Below, in pieces: positions 17,526-27,280 of a stretch of 64,000 bases of DNA. A program made the position numbers and the translations under genes. The DNA is taken from the NCBI GenBank assembly GCA_964456985.1, contig CAYWDH010000001.1:17975-81974 (forward strand), given 5' to 3'. The stretch comes from an uncultured Eubacteriales bacterium (GTDB lineage: Bacteria; Acidobacteriota; Aminicenantia; Aminicenantales; Aminicenantaceae). The notes under the pieces are model-generated. The model did no database searches and had not been told where the DNA came from. It saw only the letters and a program-made list of their open reading frames with translations. Positions within the stretch are counted from its first letter, which is position 1. Each line of letters opens with the position of its first letter.

Positions 17526-18980
17526 ATGAAAAAAGATGAAAAAAAATACACAACCAATGATGCAGGGATTCCTGTTTCCAGTAATGAATACTCATTGACC
17601 GTAGGGCCTGATGGTCCAATCCTCTTACAAGATCATTACCTTATGGAACAGATGGCAAACTTCAACCGGGAGATGATTCCAGACCGCCAGCCCCATGCAA
17701 AGGGCTCAGGGGCCTTCGGGCACTTCGAGGTGACCCAAGACGTTAGCGCCTATACAAAGGCAGCCGTGTTTCAGCCGGATACAAAAACGGAAGTACTGGC
17801 CCGATTCTCCACAGTGGCAGGCGAGAGCGGCAGTCCGGACACCTGGCGGGATGTGCGCGGCTTTGCTCTAAAGTTCTATACCTTCGAGGGAAACTACGAC
17901 ATGGTAGGCAACAATACGCCAGTGTTCTTCGTACGTGACCCTATGAAGTTCCAACATTTCATTCATTCCCAGAAACGCCTGGCAGAAAGCGGCTTGCGCG
18001 ACAACGATATGCAGTGGGACTTCTGGACCCTGTCCCCTGAATCGGCCCATCAGGTCACCATACTGATGAGCGACCGCGGCGTCCCAAAAAGCTACCGGCA
18101 CATGAATGGTTACTCGAGTCACACCTACATGTGGATCAATGCCAAGGGAGAGCGTTTCTGGGTGAAATACCATTTTAAGACCGATCAGGGCATAGGATTT
18201 CTCACTCAGGAGGAAGCTGATCGGATCGCCGGCAAGGATGCAGACTTCCATCGTAGGGACCTGTTCTATGCGATCAAGCGGGGTGATTATCCCAGTTGGA
18301 CACTGAAGGTACAGATTATGCCATTTAAGGAGGCCGAGACCTACCGGTTCAACCCCTTTGATCTGACCAAGGTATGGCCCCACAGCGATTATCCGGTCCA
18401 GGAAGTCGGGAAACTGACGCTGAACCGTAATCCAAGCGATTTTCAAGCCGAGATCGAGCAGGCGGCATTCGAGCCGAACAATCTTGTTCTCGGGATCGGT
18501 CCCAGTCCTGACAAGATGCTGCTCGCCCGCCTGGTTTCTTACGGCGACGCCCACAGGGCACGCCTAGGCGTCAATTATAAGCAGATCCCGGTCAACAGGC
18601 CGAAGAGTCCAATACACAGCTACAGCAAGGGCGGTGCGATGCGGATCAATAAAGCATCGGATCCGGTCTATGCCCCCAACTCGAAAGGAGGTCCCAAGGC
18701 CGATCCCGATCGCTATCCCGAGACAGCCATCTGGAGTGCCAGCGGCGAGTTTATTCGCGCAGCCTATACCAGGCGAAAGGATGATGATGACTTTATTCAG
18801 CCCGGAACACTGGTGCGAGAGGTTATGAATGATGCGCAGCGTGACCGTCTGGTATCCAACGTGGTGGGACACCTGAAAGGTGGCGTATCTGAACCGGTTC
18901 TGGAGCGTGCATTCGAATACTGGCGCAACATCGACAAAGAAACAGGCGACCGCATTGCTAAAGGTGTAAAAGGCGACTGA
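17526..18980 (+). CDS. katA: Monofunctional heme catalase (small-subunit, clade-3 type)
   Basis: Hallmark blocks [24 protein letters not shown] (distal His region), RFSTVAGE and VGNNTPVFF. Length 484 aa. Strong AAGGAG ribosome-binding site. GC content is clearly higher than in neighbouring genes. Confidence 0.95.
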   Translation: MKKDEKKYTTNDAGIPVSSNEYSLTVGPDGPILLQDHYLMEQMANFNREMIPDRQPHAKGSGAFGHFEVTQDVSAYTKAAVFQPDTKTEVLARFSTVAGESGSPDTWRDVRGFALKFYTFEGNYDMVGNNTPVFFVRDPMKFQHFIHSQKRLAESGLRDNDMQWDFWTLSPESAHQVTILMSDRGVPKSYRHMNGYSSHTYMWINAKGERFWVKYHFKTDQGIGFLTQEEADRIAGKDADFHRRDLFYAIKRGDYPSWTLKVQIMPFKEAETYRFNPFDLTKVWPHSDYPVQEVGKLTLNRNPSDFQAEIEQAAFEPNNLVLGIGPSPDKMLLARLVSYGDAHRARLGVNYKQIPVNRPKSPIHSYSKGGAMRINKASDPVYAPNSKGGPKADPDRYPETAIWSASGEFIRAAYTRRKDDDDFIQPGTLVREVMNDAQRDRLVSNVVGHLKGGVSEPVLERAFEYWRNIDKETGDRIAKGVKGD

Positions 18981-19437
18981 TTCTATTTAATTAGACAGCC
19001 TGCCTGCGTTTTTACAGGGGAGATATAAAAAGCCTGAGACATCCATGCATTGCAGCCGTTCAAAACTTAAAGACTAAAACCCCCTATTGACTTCGCTCTG
19101 CCGCTTCGGTTAGTACTGTTTGATCGGGAACCTCAAGATTCAAAGGGACCTCTGTCTTATGAATGATACTTGAATTAAATTAGGGGAGGAGGGGCTGAGA
19201 TGATAAAGAAAGTCTACCATTGGTGCATCCTTTTCATTAACATACATAGTTCTGCTGGATTGCTCTCGAACTTCACTCTCTTGACATTATAAGTTTTTTT
19301 CATGTAATATTCTGATAACAAAATAAAAAGGGCTTTATAAGTAAAAGGAGGCCCTCTACGCAGATCAGAAATAATTAATATTCCTCAATCCCCTTCGAAC
19401 AGTTCCCTATTTAAGCCCTAAGATAATTTTAACGACC

Positions 19438-22056
19438 ATGGAAGAAATACTGGGCAAAAAAGTTTCTCACTACAAGATACTTGAGAACCTTGGACGCGGA
19501 GGAATGGGGATAGTTTATAAAGCCGAGGACACCAAACTCAAGCGAACCGTCGCCTTGAAGTTCATTTCCCCGGAGAAAATGAGGAGTCAAGAATCCAAGA
19601 AGAGATTTCTTCATGAGGCCCAGGCTGCAGCAGCTCTGGACCATCCCAATATTGGCACAATCTATGAGATCGATGAAGACGAGGGACAAATTTTTTTAGC
19701 CATGTCCTATATCAAGGGTATGAGCCTGCACAAGAAGATCAAACAATCTCCCTTAAGTATAGAAGAAGCATTGGATATCACCTTACAGGTCACTGAAGGT
19801 CTGCAGGAAGCGCATGAAAAAGGAATCATCCACCGCGATATAAAGAGTTCCAACATCATGATTACGGGAAAAGGGCAGGCTGTCATCATGGATTTTGGTT
19901 TAGCTAAATTGATCGGAAGAACAAAAATCACAGAAACAGCTACCCTTATGGGCACCATTGATTATATGTCTCCTGAACAGGCTTTGGGTAAGAAAGTGGA
20001 CCACCGCACAGATTTCTGGTCTTTAGGGATCGTGATGTATGAGATGCTGACAGGGCAACTGCCTTTTCAGGCAGACAGCGATCAGTTAGTTTTGCATTCC
20101 ATCCTAGGAATGGAACCTCAGCCTGTGACATCCAAAAGAAGCGGGATTCCTTTGGAGTTTGAAGCCATTATAAAAAAATGTCTTGAGAAAAATCCCTTTG
20201 AACGCTACCAGACAGCTTTAGATTTAAAAGCAGATCTGATGCGGCTCAAAAGAGAAGAGTTTTCAAGGAAGATAGGAATTCCTACTGGGACTGTAAAAAA
20301 GCCTCCTTTTCCGCACATCCTGAAAAAAAGTCTCATCCCTGCAGCTCTGGTGATATTGTTTCTTACTCTGTTGCTTCTAATTCCTTCCACACGGCAGTCC
20401 CTAGAGAAATGGATTGGATTTGATATTGCAAAGAGCGAGAAAAAGGTGGTGATTCTGCCTTTTACAGTGGTAGGAAGTGATGAATCAGATAAAGTCTTTA
20501 GCACAGGTCTTATGGAGACAGTGTCCCGGAAACTGCTTCGTTTAGAACCTTTACAGAAATTTCTATGGGTTCTTCCACTTGAAGATGTATATGAATTTGA
20601 AATCACAAATCCGAGTCGAGCCCACCGAGTTTTTAGAGTATCATATGCTGTCACAGGGAGTTTCAAGCGTATGGGTGATATGTTCAGCTTGACTTTGAAG
20701 CTGATCGATACAGAGACTCTAACCCAATTGGACTCACAGACCATTACCGATCAAATGGCTAATATCTCCACTCTGCAGGAGGGAGTGGTGATCCGTATCA
20801 TAGAAATGCTTGGTATAGAACTTGCTGAGCGGACGAATATTGTTTTAGGGGCAGGAGAGACCACGGTTCTGGATGCTTTCCGATCTTTTCTTATGGGAGT
20901 GGGTTATACCCCTAGAGAAGGGAAACAAGGCGACCTGAATAAGGCTGTTCAGTTTTTTGAACAAGCTGTGGATAGGGACCCCTATTATGCTCTGGCCTCT
21001 TTTGAATTGAGTCAAGCTTATTTAAAGATGCACCAACAGACAAAAGACCCAATCTGGCTAGAAAAAGCCAAACAGTCTTGTCAGCGCGCTGTTGAGATGA
21101 GCCAGGATATCAGCTCAGTTTATGCCGGGATGGGAACTATATATAGAAAAATGGGCCTTGACGATAAAGCCATAAAAGAAATCCAGCGGGCTTTACAGAT
21201 TAATCCAGAGAATTATTATGCAACTCAGGAATTAACCATCATATACGAGAATAAGGGAAAGTTGGATGAAGCCATAAAGCTTTTTAAGAAATTTATTGAC
21301 CTAAAGCCAGATTATTGGTCTGTTTACAGCAATCTAGGCTATTGTTACTATCACCTGGGGAATTATGAACAAGCTGAAGAAATGTACCAGCGTTCTACTG
21401 AATTTATGACGGAAAATGTGCGAGATTACAACAATCTAACGGCTATCTATTATCAATTAGGTGATATAGAATCAGCCAGAGAAGCGTTTGAAAAATCCGT
21501 GGCTTTAAAACCTGATGACCAAACCTACAGCAACATGGGCACCATGTATTTTTATCAACGCCGTTATGCGGATGCCATGGCAATGTATGAAGAGGCTATA
21601 GAGTTGGGTGATGATGACTATATGGTATGGTCTAATTTGGCAGATAGTTACCGATTTGCTGGATATGAAGAAAAGGCGCCGGAAGCCTACAGACGGGCCG
21701 TCCATCTGGCTGAGCAAGAGTTGAAAGTGGATCCCAACAACGCACTCCTTCTCTCTCGGTTGGCTGTGATTTATGCCAAACTCAAAAATAACCAGAAGGC
21801 TCTGAGTCATATCTCAAGGGCCAAGGCAGTGGCATCTAATGATGTTTCCATTATCCTCAACAGCATCCTTGTTTTTGAAATAATGGGTCAGAGAGATCAG
21901 GCACTGCAGGACTTTGAAAAATATATACAGCAGGGCGGCTCTCTTAAAGAGATCCGCGGACAAGCTGATCTTTCAGGACTTCTCACTGATCCCCGTTTTA
22001 AGAAGATAACTGATGAAGAAAAAAGCTCTCCAACAAAGCACTCCAAAAAGGATTAA
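19438..22056 (+). CDS. Membrane Ser/Thr protein kinase with a periplasmic sensor-like domain and C-terminal TPR repeats
   Basis: Kinase motifs GRGGMGIVYKA (Gly loop), VALK, HRDIKSSNIMI, DFGLAK and YMSPEQ. One TM helix (LIPAALVILFLTLLLLI). A TolB-N/FlgO-like block KKVVILPFTVVGSDE. Multiple TPR repeats in the C-terminal 450 aa. Confidence 0.85.
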   Translation: MEEILGKKVSHYKILENLGRGGMGIVYKAEDTKLKRTVALKFISPEKMRSQESKKRFLHEAQAAAALDHPNIGTIYEIDEDEGQIFLAMSYIKGMSLHKKIKQSPLSIEEALDITLQVTEGLQEAHEKGIIHRDIKSSNIMITGKGQAVIMDFGLAKLIGRTKITETATLMGTIDYMSPEQALGKKVDHRTDFWSLGIVMYEMLTGQLPFQADSDQLVLHSILGMEPQPVTSKRSGIPLEFEAIIKKCLEKNPFERYQTALDLKADLMRLKREEFSRKIGIPTGTVKKPPFPHILKKSLIPAALVILFLTLLLLIPSTRQSLEKWIGFDIAKSEKKVVILPFTVVGSDESDKVFSTGLMETVSRKLLRLEPLQKFLWVLPLEDVYEFEITNPSRAHRVFRVSYAVTGSFKRMGDMFSLTLKLIDTETLTQLDSQTITDQMANISTLQEGVVIRIIEMLGIELAERTNIVLGAGETTVLDAFRSFLMGVGYTPREGKQGDLNKAVQFFEQAVDRDPYYALASFELSQAYLKMHQQTKDPIWLEKAKQSCQRAVEMSQDISSVYAGMGTIYRKMGLDDKAIKEIQRALQINPENYYATQELTIIYENKGKLDEAIKLFKKFIDLKPDYWSVYSNLGYCYYHLGNYEQAEEMYQRSTEFMTENVRDYNNLTAIYYQLGDIESAREAFEKSVALKPDDQTYSNMGTMYFYQRRYADAMAMYEEAIELGDDDYMVWSNLADSYRFAGYEEKAPEAYRRAVHLAEQELKVDPNNALLLSRLAVIYAKLKNNQKALSHISRAKAVASNDVSIILNSILVFEIMGQRDQALQDFEKYIQQGGSLKEIRGQADLSGLLTDPRFKKITDEEKSSPTKHSKKD

Positions 22057-22106
22057 ATATAGATTTTATCTTTAGGAGTATCAAATAAAAAAAAGGAGGG
22101 AAATAA

Positions 22107-22565
22107 ATGAAAAACAAAATTTTATTGGTGACTATCACTATTTTTGCTGCGGCAGTCCTATCTGTACTTATTCTTCATGCTTGCCGAGCTGAGGAGCAGG
22201 AGGAAATGACACAGACAAAAGAGGAGCCTGTTATAGAAAAAACTGAAGGGGTGCATGAAACGACTATTATGGTGGATGGGAGGGGGGAATTTAAATACGA
22301 CAATGGCTTAATTCGGGTCTATCCGGGAGAAACAGTTGTTTGGAAGTGTCCAACTGCAAAAAACAATCCTTTCACAATTCATATAGGCTGGGATTCCCCT
22401 TTTAAAGAATGTAGTTATCGTTCAGAAAATGGAGAAGATATCAGAGCAACTCTGCCGAAAAATGCCAGACCTGGTTATTATAGGTATATGGTCGCTGTTC
22501 TTATAGAAGGTGAAATTCACACAGATGATCCAGAATTAATCGTTAAAAGACCCGGAGGAAAATGA
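22107..22565 (+). CDS. Hypothetical secreted lipoprotein (152 aa)
   Basis: Strong ribosome-binding site AAGGAGGGAAATAAATG. Signal peptide with lipobox-like ILHAC. No recognisable catalytic motif. Confidence 0.5.
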   Translation: MKNKILLVTITIFAAAVLSVLILHACRAEEQEEMTQTKEEPVIEKTEGVHETTIMVDGRGEFKYDNGLIRVYPGETVVWKCPTAKNNPFTIHIGWDSPFKECSYRSENGEDIRATLPKNARPGYYRYMVAVLIEGEIHTDDPELIVKRPGGK

Positions 22566-22724
22566 TAAGACTCAAATAATAATACTTCCCTCTCTCTTAG
22601 AGATTACCCCCGGCCAATACACAGAAGTAGGTCGCCTTTCCATACGGAAAACACATCTCTGTGACAGAGTCCGGGGATTATCTGGAGTTTGATTCTCGAG
22701 CGACCTCTATTCTTTCTACGTCTC

Positions 22725-22816
22725 TCTAAGACCGATTTCCTGACGTTCTTTCCTTTATATGGGTTTCTTATTGACTTGCCCCAAGTTTCATATATATGAT
22801 GGGAGACGAAGGTGCA
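22725..22816 (+). repeat. Copy B of the ~85-nt conserved element (TTGACT ... ATGATGGGAGACGAAG), immediately upstream of the NHL-repeat lipoprotein gene
   Basis: Aligns with 15215-15296 with the same internal spacing. The conserved ATGATGG starts ORF 22796-23026, which overlaps the start of the NHL gene at 22875. Confidence 0.6.
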
Positions 22817-22874
22817 TTATTATATTTGAGAAAATGCTTTTTTAAGGAGTTAAAATGTTCAGGGGGACAACAAA

Positions 22875-23996
22875 ATGAGGAAACTGCTTTTTTATACGGC
22901 TCTTTTCATGGGATTTTTTTTGGTTCTTTATTATGCCTGCCAAAGCCAGAAGGAAGAATGGAAGGGAGAAATTCAAGAAGAAAACGGAGTGACCGTGGTT
23001 TACAACCCGAAAACACCTCTCTATGAAGGGGATGTGTTGCACTTTGAAGAAGACCTTGTCATCGGAGAGAGTGAGGGGCAAGAGGAGTATATGTTCTCCG
23101 AAGTGAGGGATATGGATGTGGATCCGGAGGGAAATATCTATGTTTTGGATTCTAAAGAAACTCATATTCAAGTTTTTGATAAGGAAGGTAATTATATAAG
23201 AACCATAGGCCAAAAAGGGCAGGGCCCGGGAGAGATGCAGAGCTCCAGAAGTCTATCCATCACGCCAAACAATGAAATCATGGTCAGCGATTGGACCGCC
23301 AGAGCGCTTCACTTTTTTTCTCTGGACGGGAAATTCTTGAAATTAATAAACCTTAAAGGCATGCTTTGGTTCCTCAAACCTGTGGCTGATTCTCAAAACC
23401 ATATCGTGGCCGGGTATACGGTTATGGATCAAACTGTCACCAGTTATTTAAAAATATTTAATCCGGACATGACTGAAAAAAAGGCCATCTATTCCTATCA
23501 AGTAGCTCAATACCCGAAGGTCAATCCTCTTTTTGCTCAGTGTTTCTGGCAGATCGATAGAGATGACCACATCATCTGGGGTTATAACGGCGTCTATGAG
23601 ATCCGGTTCCTGAAACCGGACGGAAGCCTGTTCATGAAAATAACAAAAGACTATGATCCTGTGAAAATCACCGAACAAGAAAAACAACAATTTATCAAAT
23701 CAAACTATGGAGAAGAACCTCCCCCTGAGATTGAATTATCCTGGGATTCCCATTACCACCCTTTTCTATACCTGAGCGTGGATGATAAAGGAAGAGTGTT
23801 TGTGCGCACCTACGAAAAAGCTCCCAACGGCCACTATTATTATGACGTGTTCAACGCCAAGGGAAAATACATCGCCAAAATCCCTCTGGAATACCGCCCC
23901 CGCGTCTGGAAAAAGGACAAACTCTATGTCATCTCAGAAGACGAAGAGGGGTATCAACAGGTCAGGCGCTTCAGTGTGAGCTGGCAAATCAAGTGA
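22875..23996 (+). CDS. NHL-repeat / six-bladed beta-propeller lipoprotein
   Basis: Signal peptide ending LYYAC. Repeated Asp-rich blocks such as DVDPEGNIYVLDSKETHIQVFDKEGNYIRTIGQKGQGPGEM are typical of NHL/TolB-like propellers. Confidence 0.6.
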   Translation: MRKLLFYTALFMGFFLVLYYACQSQKEEWKGEIQEENGVTVVYNPKTPLYEGDVLHFEEDLVIGESEGQEEYMFSEVRDMDVDPEGNIYVLDSKETHIQVFDKEGNYIRTIGQKGQGPGEMQSSRSLSITPNNEIMVSDWTARALHFFSLDGKFLKLINLKGMLWFLKPVADSQNHIVAGYTVMDQTVTSYLKIFNPDMTEKKAIYSYQVAQYPKVNPLFAQCFWQIDRDDHIIWGYNGVYEIRFLKPDGSLFMKITKDYDPVKITEQEKQQFIKSNYGEEPPPEIELSWDSHYHPFLYLSVDDKGRVFVRTYEKAPNGHYYYDVFNAKGKYIAKIPLEYRPRVWKKDKLYVISEDEEGYQQVRRFSVSWQIK

Positions 23997-24467
23997 TCAG
24001 TGCTTGCCTCCCAGGATCATCTTTTTTCCATGCTCCAGGACAGGAAGAAGAAGCCTTGTACACAGAGCCACGGCTTTTACAGAGCCCGGAAAATTGATGA
24101 TTATTGTTTTATCTTTAAGGCCGCTGAATCCGCGGGAAAAGACAGCGTAGGGAGTCTCTCTTAATGATTCCTGTCTGAGAAATTCACCGATACCCGGCAC
24201 TTCTTTATCGCACACCTCACGGGTCACATCCGGAGTGATGTCTCTGGGGGAAATCCCTGTCCCCCCTGTCGTCAAAATATAATCTTTATCCGAATTGGCC
24301 ATCAAAGCTTCTTTGATGGCTTTCCTTTCATCCGGGACCACACTCAAACTCACCTCAGCCTCTATCCCGCTTTCCTCGATCATCTGTTTTATTTGGGGCC
24401 CGGAAAGGTCCTTGTATTCTTTTTTATAAGCCCTATCCGATACGGTAATGACCGCGATCTCCAGCAT
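23997..24467 (-). CDS. Molybdenum cofactor biosynthesis protein of the MogA/MoaB family
   Basis: 156 aa. IAVITVSDRAYK...ILTTGGTGISPRDITPD matches the MogA/MoaB MoCF-biosynthesis domain. Confidence 0.85.
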   Translation of the reverse strand: MLEIAVITVSDRAYKKEYKDLSGPQIKQMIEESGIEAEVSLSVVPDERKAIKEALMANSDKDYILTTGGTGISPRDITPDVTREVCDKEVPGIGEFLRQESLRETPYAVFSRGFSGLKDKTIIINFPGSVKAVALCTRLLLPVLEHGKKMILGGKH

Positions 24468-24870
24468 GGATGGTCCCTCCTTTTTTAACTTTCACAAAAA
24501 TCCCTCTCTCCGGCATAATGCACCGCCCTGCTTTGTAAAAGATCTCACAGGGTTCGGGGCATTCTTTGCCAATTTGAGTGACTTCCATTTCCGCTTCCCC
24601 GATAAAAATCTGCCCGCCGACGTTCGCCTTTGTCCAATCCATCCCGCGAGTAACAACATTTTCAGCAAAATCACCGGGTTTAAATTCCAATCCCTCTGCT
24701 TCCATCTCCTCGATATCTTCAGCTGCCAGAAAAGAGACCTGCCTGTGCCCGTGGCCGGCATGGGCATCCCCTTTGATCCCAGAATCTTTGACCAGCTCCG
24801 CCTTCTCAATGAGTTTCTTCTGCTGCCCTCTTTTTTTAGACAAACAAACCGCTTCAACTGTGAATCTCAC
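24433..24870 (-). CDS. MOSC-domain protein
   Basis: 145-aa beta-barrel-type MOSC-like sequence with a conserved Cys in GKECPEPCEIF, embedded in the Moco operon with small overlaps to both neighbours. Confidence 0.65.
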   Translation of the reverse strand: MRFTVEAVCLSKKRGQQKKLIEKAELVKDSGIKGDAHAGHGHRQVSFLAAEDIEEMEAEGLEFKPGDFAENVVTRGMDWTKANVGGQIFIGEAEMEVTQIGKECPEPCEIFYKAGRCIMPERGIFVKVKKGGTIHAGDRGHYRIG

Positions 24871-25309
24871 TTTTTGTCTTCTCCTTAACCATTATATCCG
24901 TAATTCTCATCTCTTTATCCACCGCTTTACACATATCATAGATGGTTAAAGCTGCCGCAGAAACAGCGGTCAAAGCCTCCATCTCAATGCCTGTTTTCCA
25001 GTCACAGGAGGCTGAAGCGATGATATCAATACTGTCTTTCTTGACATCAAAATCAATATCAATCTTATATATGGGTATATTATGACAGAGAGGAATGAGC
25101 TCAGAGGTCTTTTTGGCTGCCTGGATCCCGGCGATCCGGGCTACTCCCAACACTTCTCCTTTTCTTATACTCTGTTCCTTTATCAACCGGACTGTCTCTG
25201 ATCTGAGATAAATCCGGCCCTGAGCTACCGCTTCGCGATGCACTGTTTTCTTCGCTCCGATATCTACCATCCTTGCTTTTCCTTTTTCTGTCACATGCGT
25301 GAGTTTCAT
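24854..25309 (-). CDS. moaC: Cyclic pyranopterin monophosphate synthase accessory protein MoaC
   Basis: LTHV...GKARMVDIG.K..T.R.A.A.G...L...LIPLCHNIPI is a canonical MoaC signature. Length 151 aa. Confidence 0.9.
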   Translation of the reverse strand: MKLTHVTEKGKARMVDIGAKKTVHREAVAQGRIYLRSETVRLIKEQSIRKGEVLGVARIAGIQAAKKTSELIPLCHNIPIYKIDIDFDVKKDSIDIIASASCDWKTGIEMEALTAVSAAALTIYDMCKAVDKEMRITDIMVKEKTKSEIHS

Positions 25310-25310
25310 T

Positions 25311-26117
25311 CTATCCTCCTATTTCCCAGTTTCCCCTTCTTGTTCCGTTCTGCCCTAAAGCCGGTTTTCTTTGAACCGCCAGACGAATACCTGATTCAAT
25401 ATCATTAAAATCCACAGGGATTTCGTGCTCTGAAAAAAGGCACGGCTTGAACATCCCGTCCGCAGTGATCCGTATCCGGTTGCACTTTGTGCAGTCCGGG
25501 GGGCGCTCTGCTTCGTAATGATATCCGGCTTTTAAACGCGAATCTAAGGAATAATGGTTGATTCTTTGAAGGACAAGCTCCTTTTTCTGGCAAAATTCAA
25601 ACATCTGATCGATCTCATCCGTATTAAATCCGGGGATCAGTACCATATTGATTTTTGTGCCTGAAAATCCTGCTTTTTTTACTGCTTCGATTCCTTCAAA
25701 GACTTTTTGAATATCGCCTCCCCGTGTAAGCTCTCTGTACCTTTCCGGATCCAGAGTATCCAGAGAAATATTCACTCTTGAGAGACCAGCCTTTCTAAGC
25801 TCCTGGGCCAGCGGAGCCAGAAGAGTCCCGTTTGTGGAAAGACACAGTTCTTTGATTCCTCTTATTTCCTTCAATATCTTAACAAGATGAGCGATGTTCT
25901 TCCTGACCAGAGGCTCCCCGCCGGTAAGTCTTACTTTCCATATTCCCATTCCGGAAGCCACCCGGCATATCTCAGCGATCTGCTCCAAAGTCAGTATCTC
26001 ATCATGAGATTTCAGTTTTACACCTCGAGCCGGCATACAGTATGTACATCTGAGATTGCACCGATCTGTAACAGATATCCGTAAATAAGTAATTTCCCGA
26101 TTAAATCTGTCTAACAT
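25311..26117 (-). CDS. moaA: GTP 3',8-cyclase MoaA (radical SAM)
   Basis: Radical-SAM cluster motif CNLRCTYCMP. A second cluster CTKCNRIRITADGMFKPC. Protein ends in a C-terminal Gly-Gly. Confidence 0.9.
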   Translation of the reverse strand: MLDRFNREITYLRISVTDRCNLRCTYCMPARGVKLKSHDEILTLEQIAEICRVASGMGIWKVRLTGGEPLVRKNIAHLVKILKEIRGIKELCLSTNGTLLAPLAQELRKAGLSRVNISLDTLDPERYRELTRGGDIQKVFEGIEAVKKAGFSGTKINMVLIPGFNTDEIDQMFEFCQKKELVLQRINHYSLDSRLKAGYHYEAERPPDCTKCNRIRITADGMFKPCLFSEHEIPVDFNDIESGIRLAVQRKPALGQNGTRRGNWEIGG

Positions 26118-27270
26118 GGACTTTTTTCCCTTGCCGCAGTTCTCTCACTCCCTTTGGAATGCATAAAAGCGCATTGGCACTGGTAAGAGCATGCATATGG
26201 GCCGAGCCGTGATAAGGAAGCCTTTTTACTGCTCCTTCCCTGTAATCGACAGGTATGAAAAAAGCCCGCGAGGTCTTTCTTCTCCGTATGCTCTCTTTCA
26301 ATACCCCGGAAAGAAAAAGAGGCTCATATCTATGGCCCATTAAACTCATTAAAAAGGGATTTATGAAGAGCTCAAACACAACAAAAGTGGAAACCGGATT
26401 TCCCGGAACACCAAACACATATTGATTTCCTTTTGTTCCGAACACAGTGGGTTTTCCGGGTTTAATAGCCACTTTTTCAAAATGGAGTGCAAAGCCAAGT
26501 TTTTTGAAAACATGAGGGACATAATCAAAATCTCCCATAGACACGCCTCCGGATACGAGCAGCACATCGCAGCGTTCCATGAAATCTCGGACTGCCTTTT
26601 TTATTTTATCCGGATCATCCAAAACCATCTGCCGGTCGACCAATCGAACACCTGCCCGCTTTACTTGGGCTGATAAGGAATAAGAATTACTGTCATAAAT
26701 CTGGCTTTGTTTGATCTTCTCCCCCGGAGGCACAATCTCTGAACCGGTTGAGATAACTCCTACGCGGGGTTTTTTATACACTGTGACTTTATCCAATCCC
26801 ATAGAAGCTAAAACTCCTACTTCCTGAGGCCTTATTCTTATTCCTCTGTCTAAGACTCTATCTCCCTTTTTGATATCCTCTCCGGCAGCACATATGTTCT
26901 TATTTGTCTCCCTTCCTGTAACAAATATGTAACCGTCCTTTTCCTCGGTCATCTCTTTCATAATGACCCTGTCCGCTGCATCGGGGACGATTCCCCCTGT
27001 CATTATCTTGGCGCACTCACCTCGATGAACTCTTTTCTGTGGTGATTTTCCAGCCGGAACGGTCTCAATGACCTTGAATTTTTCCGACGGGTCATCTGAA
27101 ATCACAGCATATCCATCCATAGCTGACTTATTAAAAGGAGGAATATTGATGGGAGAGATAATATCCTGGGCCAAAATCCGCTCCCCCGCTTTATCCAAAG
27201 GCACTGTTTCCGTCTCTGTCCTTACCGGGACCTCATTCAATATCTTCTGAGCTTCTTCAAGTAAGATCAT
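26101..27270 (-). CDS. moeA: Molybdopterin molybdenumtransferase MoeA
   Basis: 389 aa with MoeA N-terminal and MoCF-biosynthesis domains (SAMDGYAV, GDFDYV). Confidence 0.9.
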   Translation of the reverse strand: MILLEEAQKILNEVPVRTETETVPLDKAGERILAQDIISPINIPPFNKSAMDGYAVISDDPSEKFKVIETVPAGKSPQKRVHRGECAKIMTGGIVPDAADRVIMKEMTEEKDGYIFVTGRETNKNICAAGEDIKKGDRVLDRGIRIRPQEVGVLASMGLDKVTVYKKPRVGVISTGSEIVPPGEKIKQSQIYDSNSYSLSAQVKRAGVRLVDRQMVLDDPDKIKKAVRDFMERCDVLLVSGGVSMGDFDYVPHVFKKLGFALHFEKVAIKPGKPTVFGTKGNQYVFGVPGNPVSTFVVFELFINPFLMSLMGHRYEPLFLSGVLKESIRRRKTSRAFFIPVDYREGAVKRLPYHGSAHMHALTSANALLCIPKGVRELRQGKKVHVRQI

Positions 27271-27280
27271 TTTTCCTCCC

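Noticed and set aside
17868-18872. Long minus-strand ORFs (228 aa and 102 aa) inside the catalase gene
   Set aside because: They are antisense to a strongly supported catalase CDS. They are artefacts of the locally high GC content, which depletes stop codons, and they have no ribosome-binding site or motif.
22685-22700. GGAGTTTGATTCTCG resembles the 5' end of 16S rRNA (AGAGTTTGATCCTGG)
   Set aside because: Only an ~11-nt partial match in an intergenic region, with no continuation of rRNA-like sequence.
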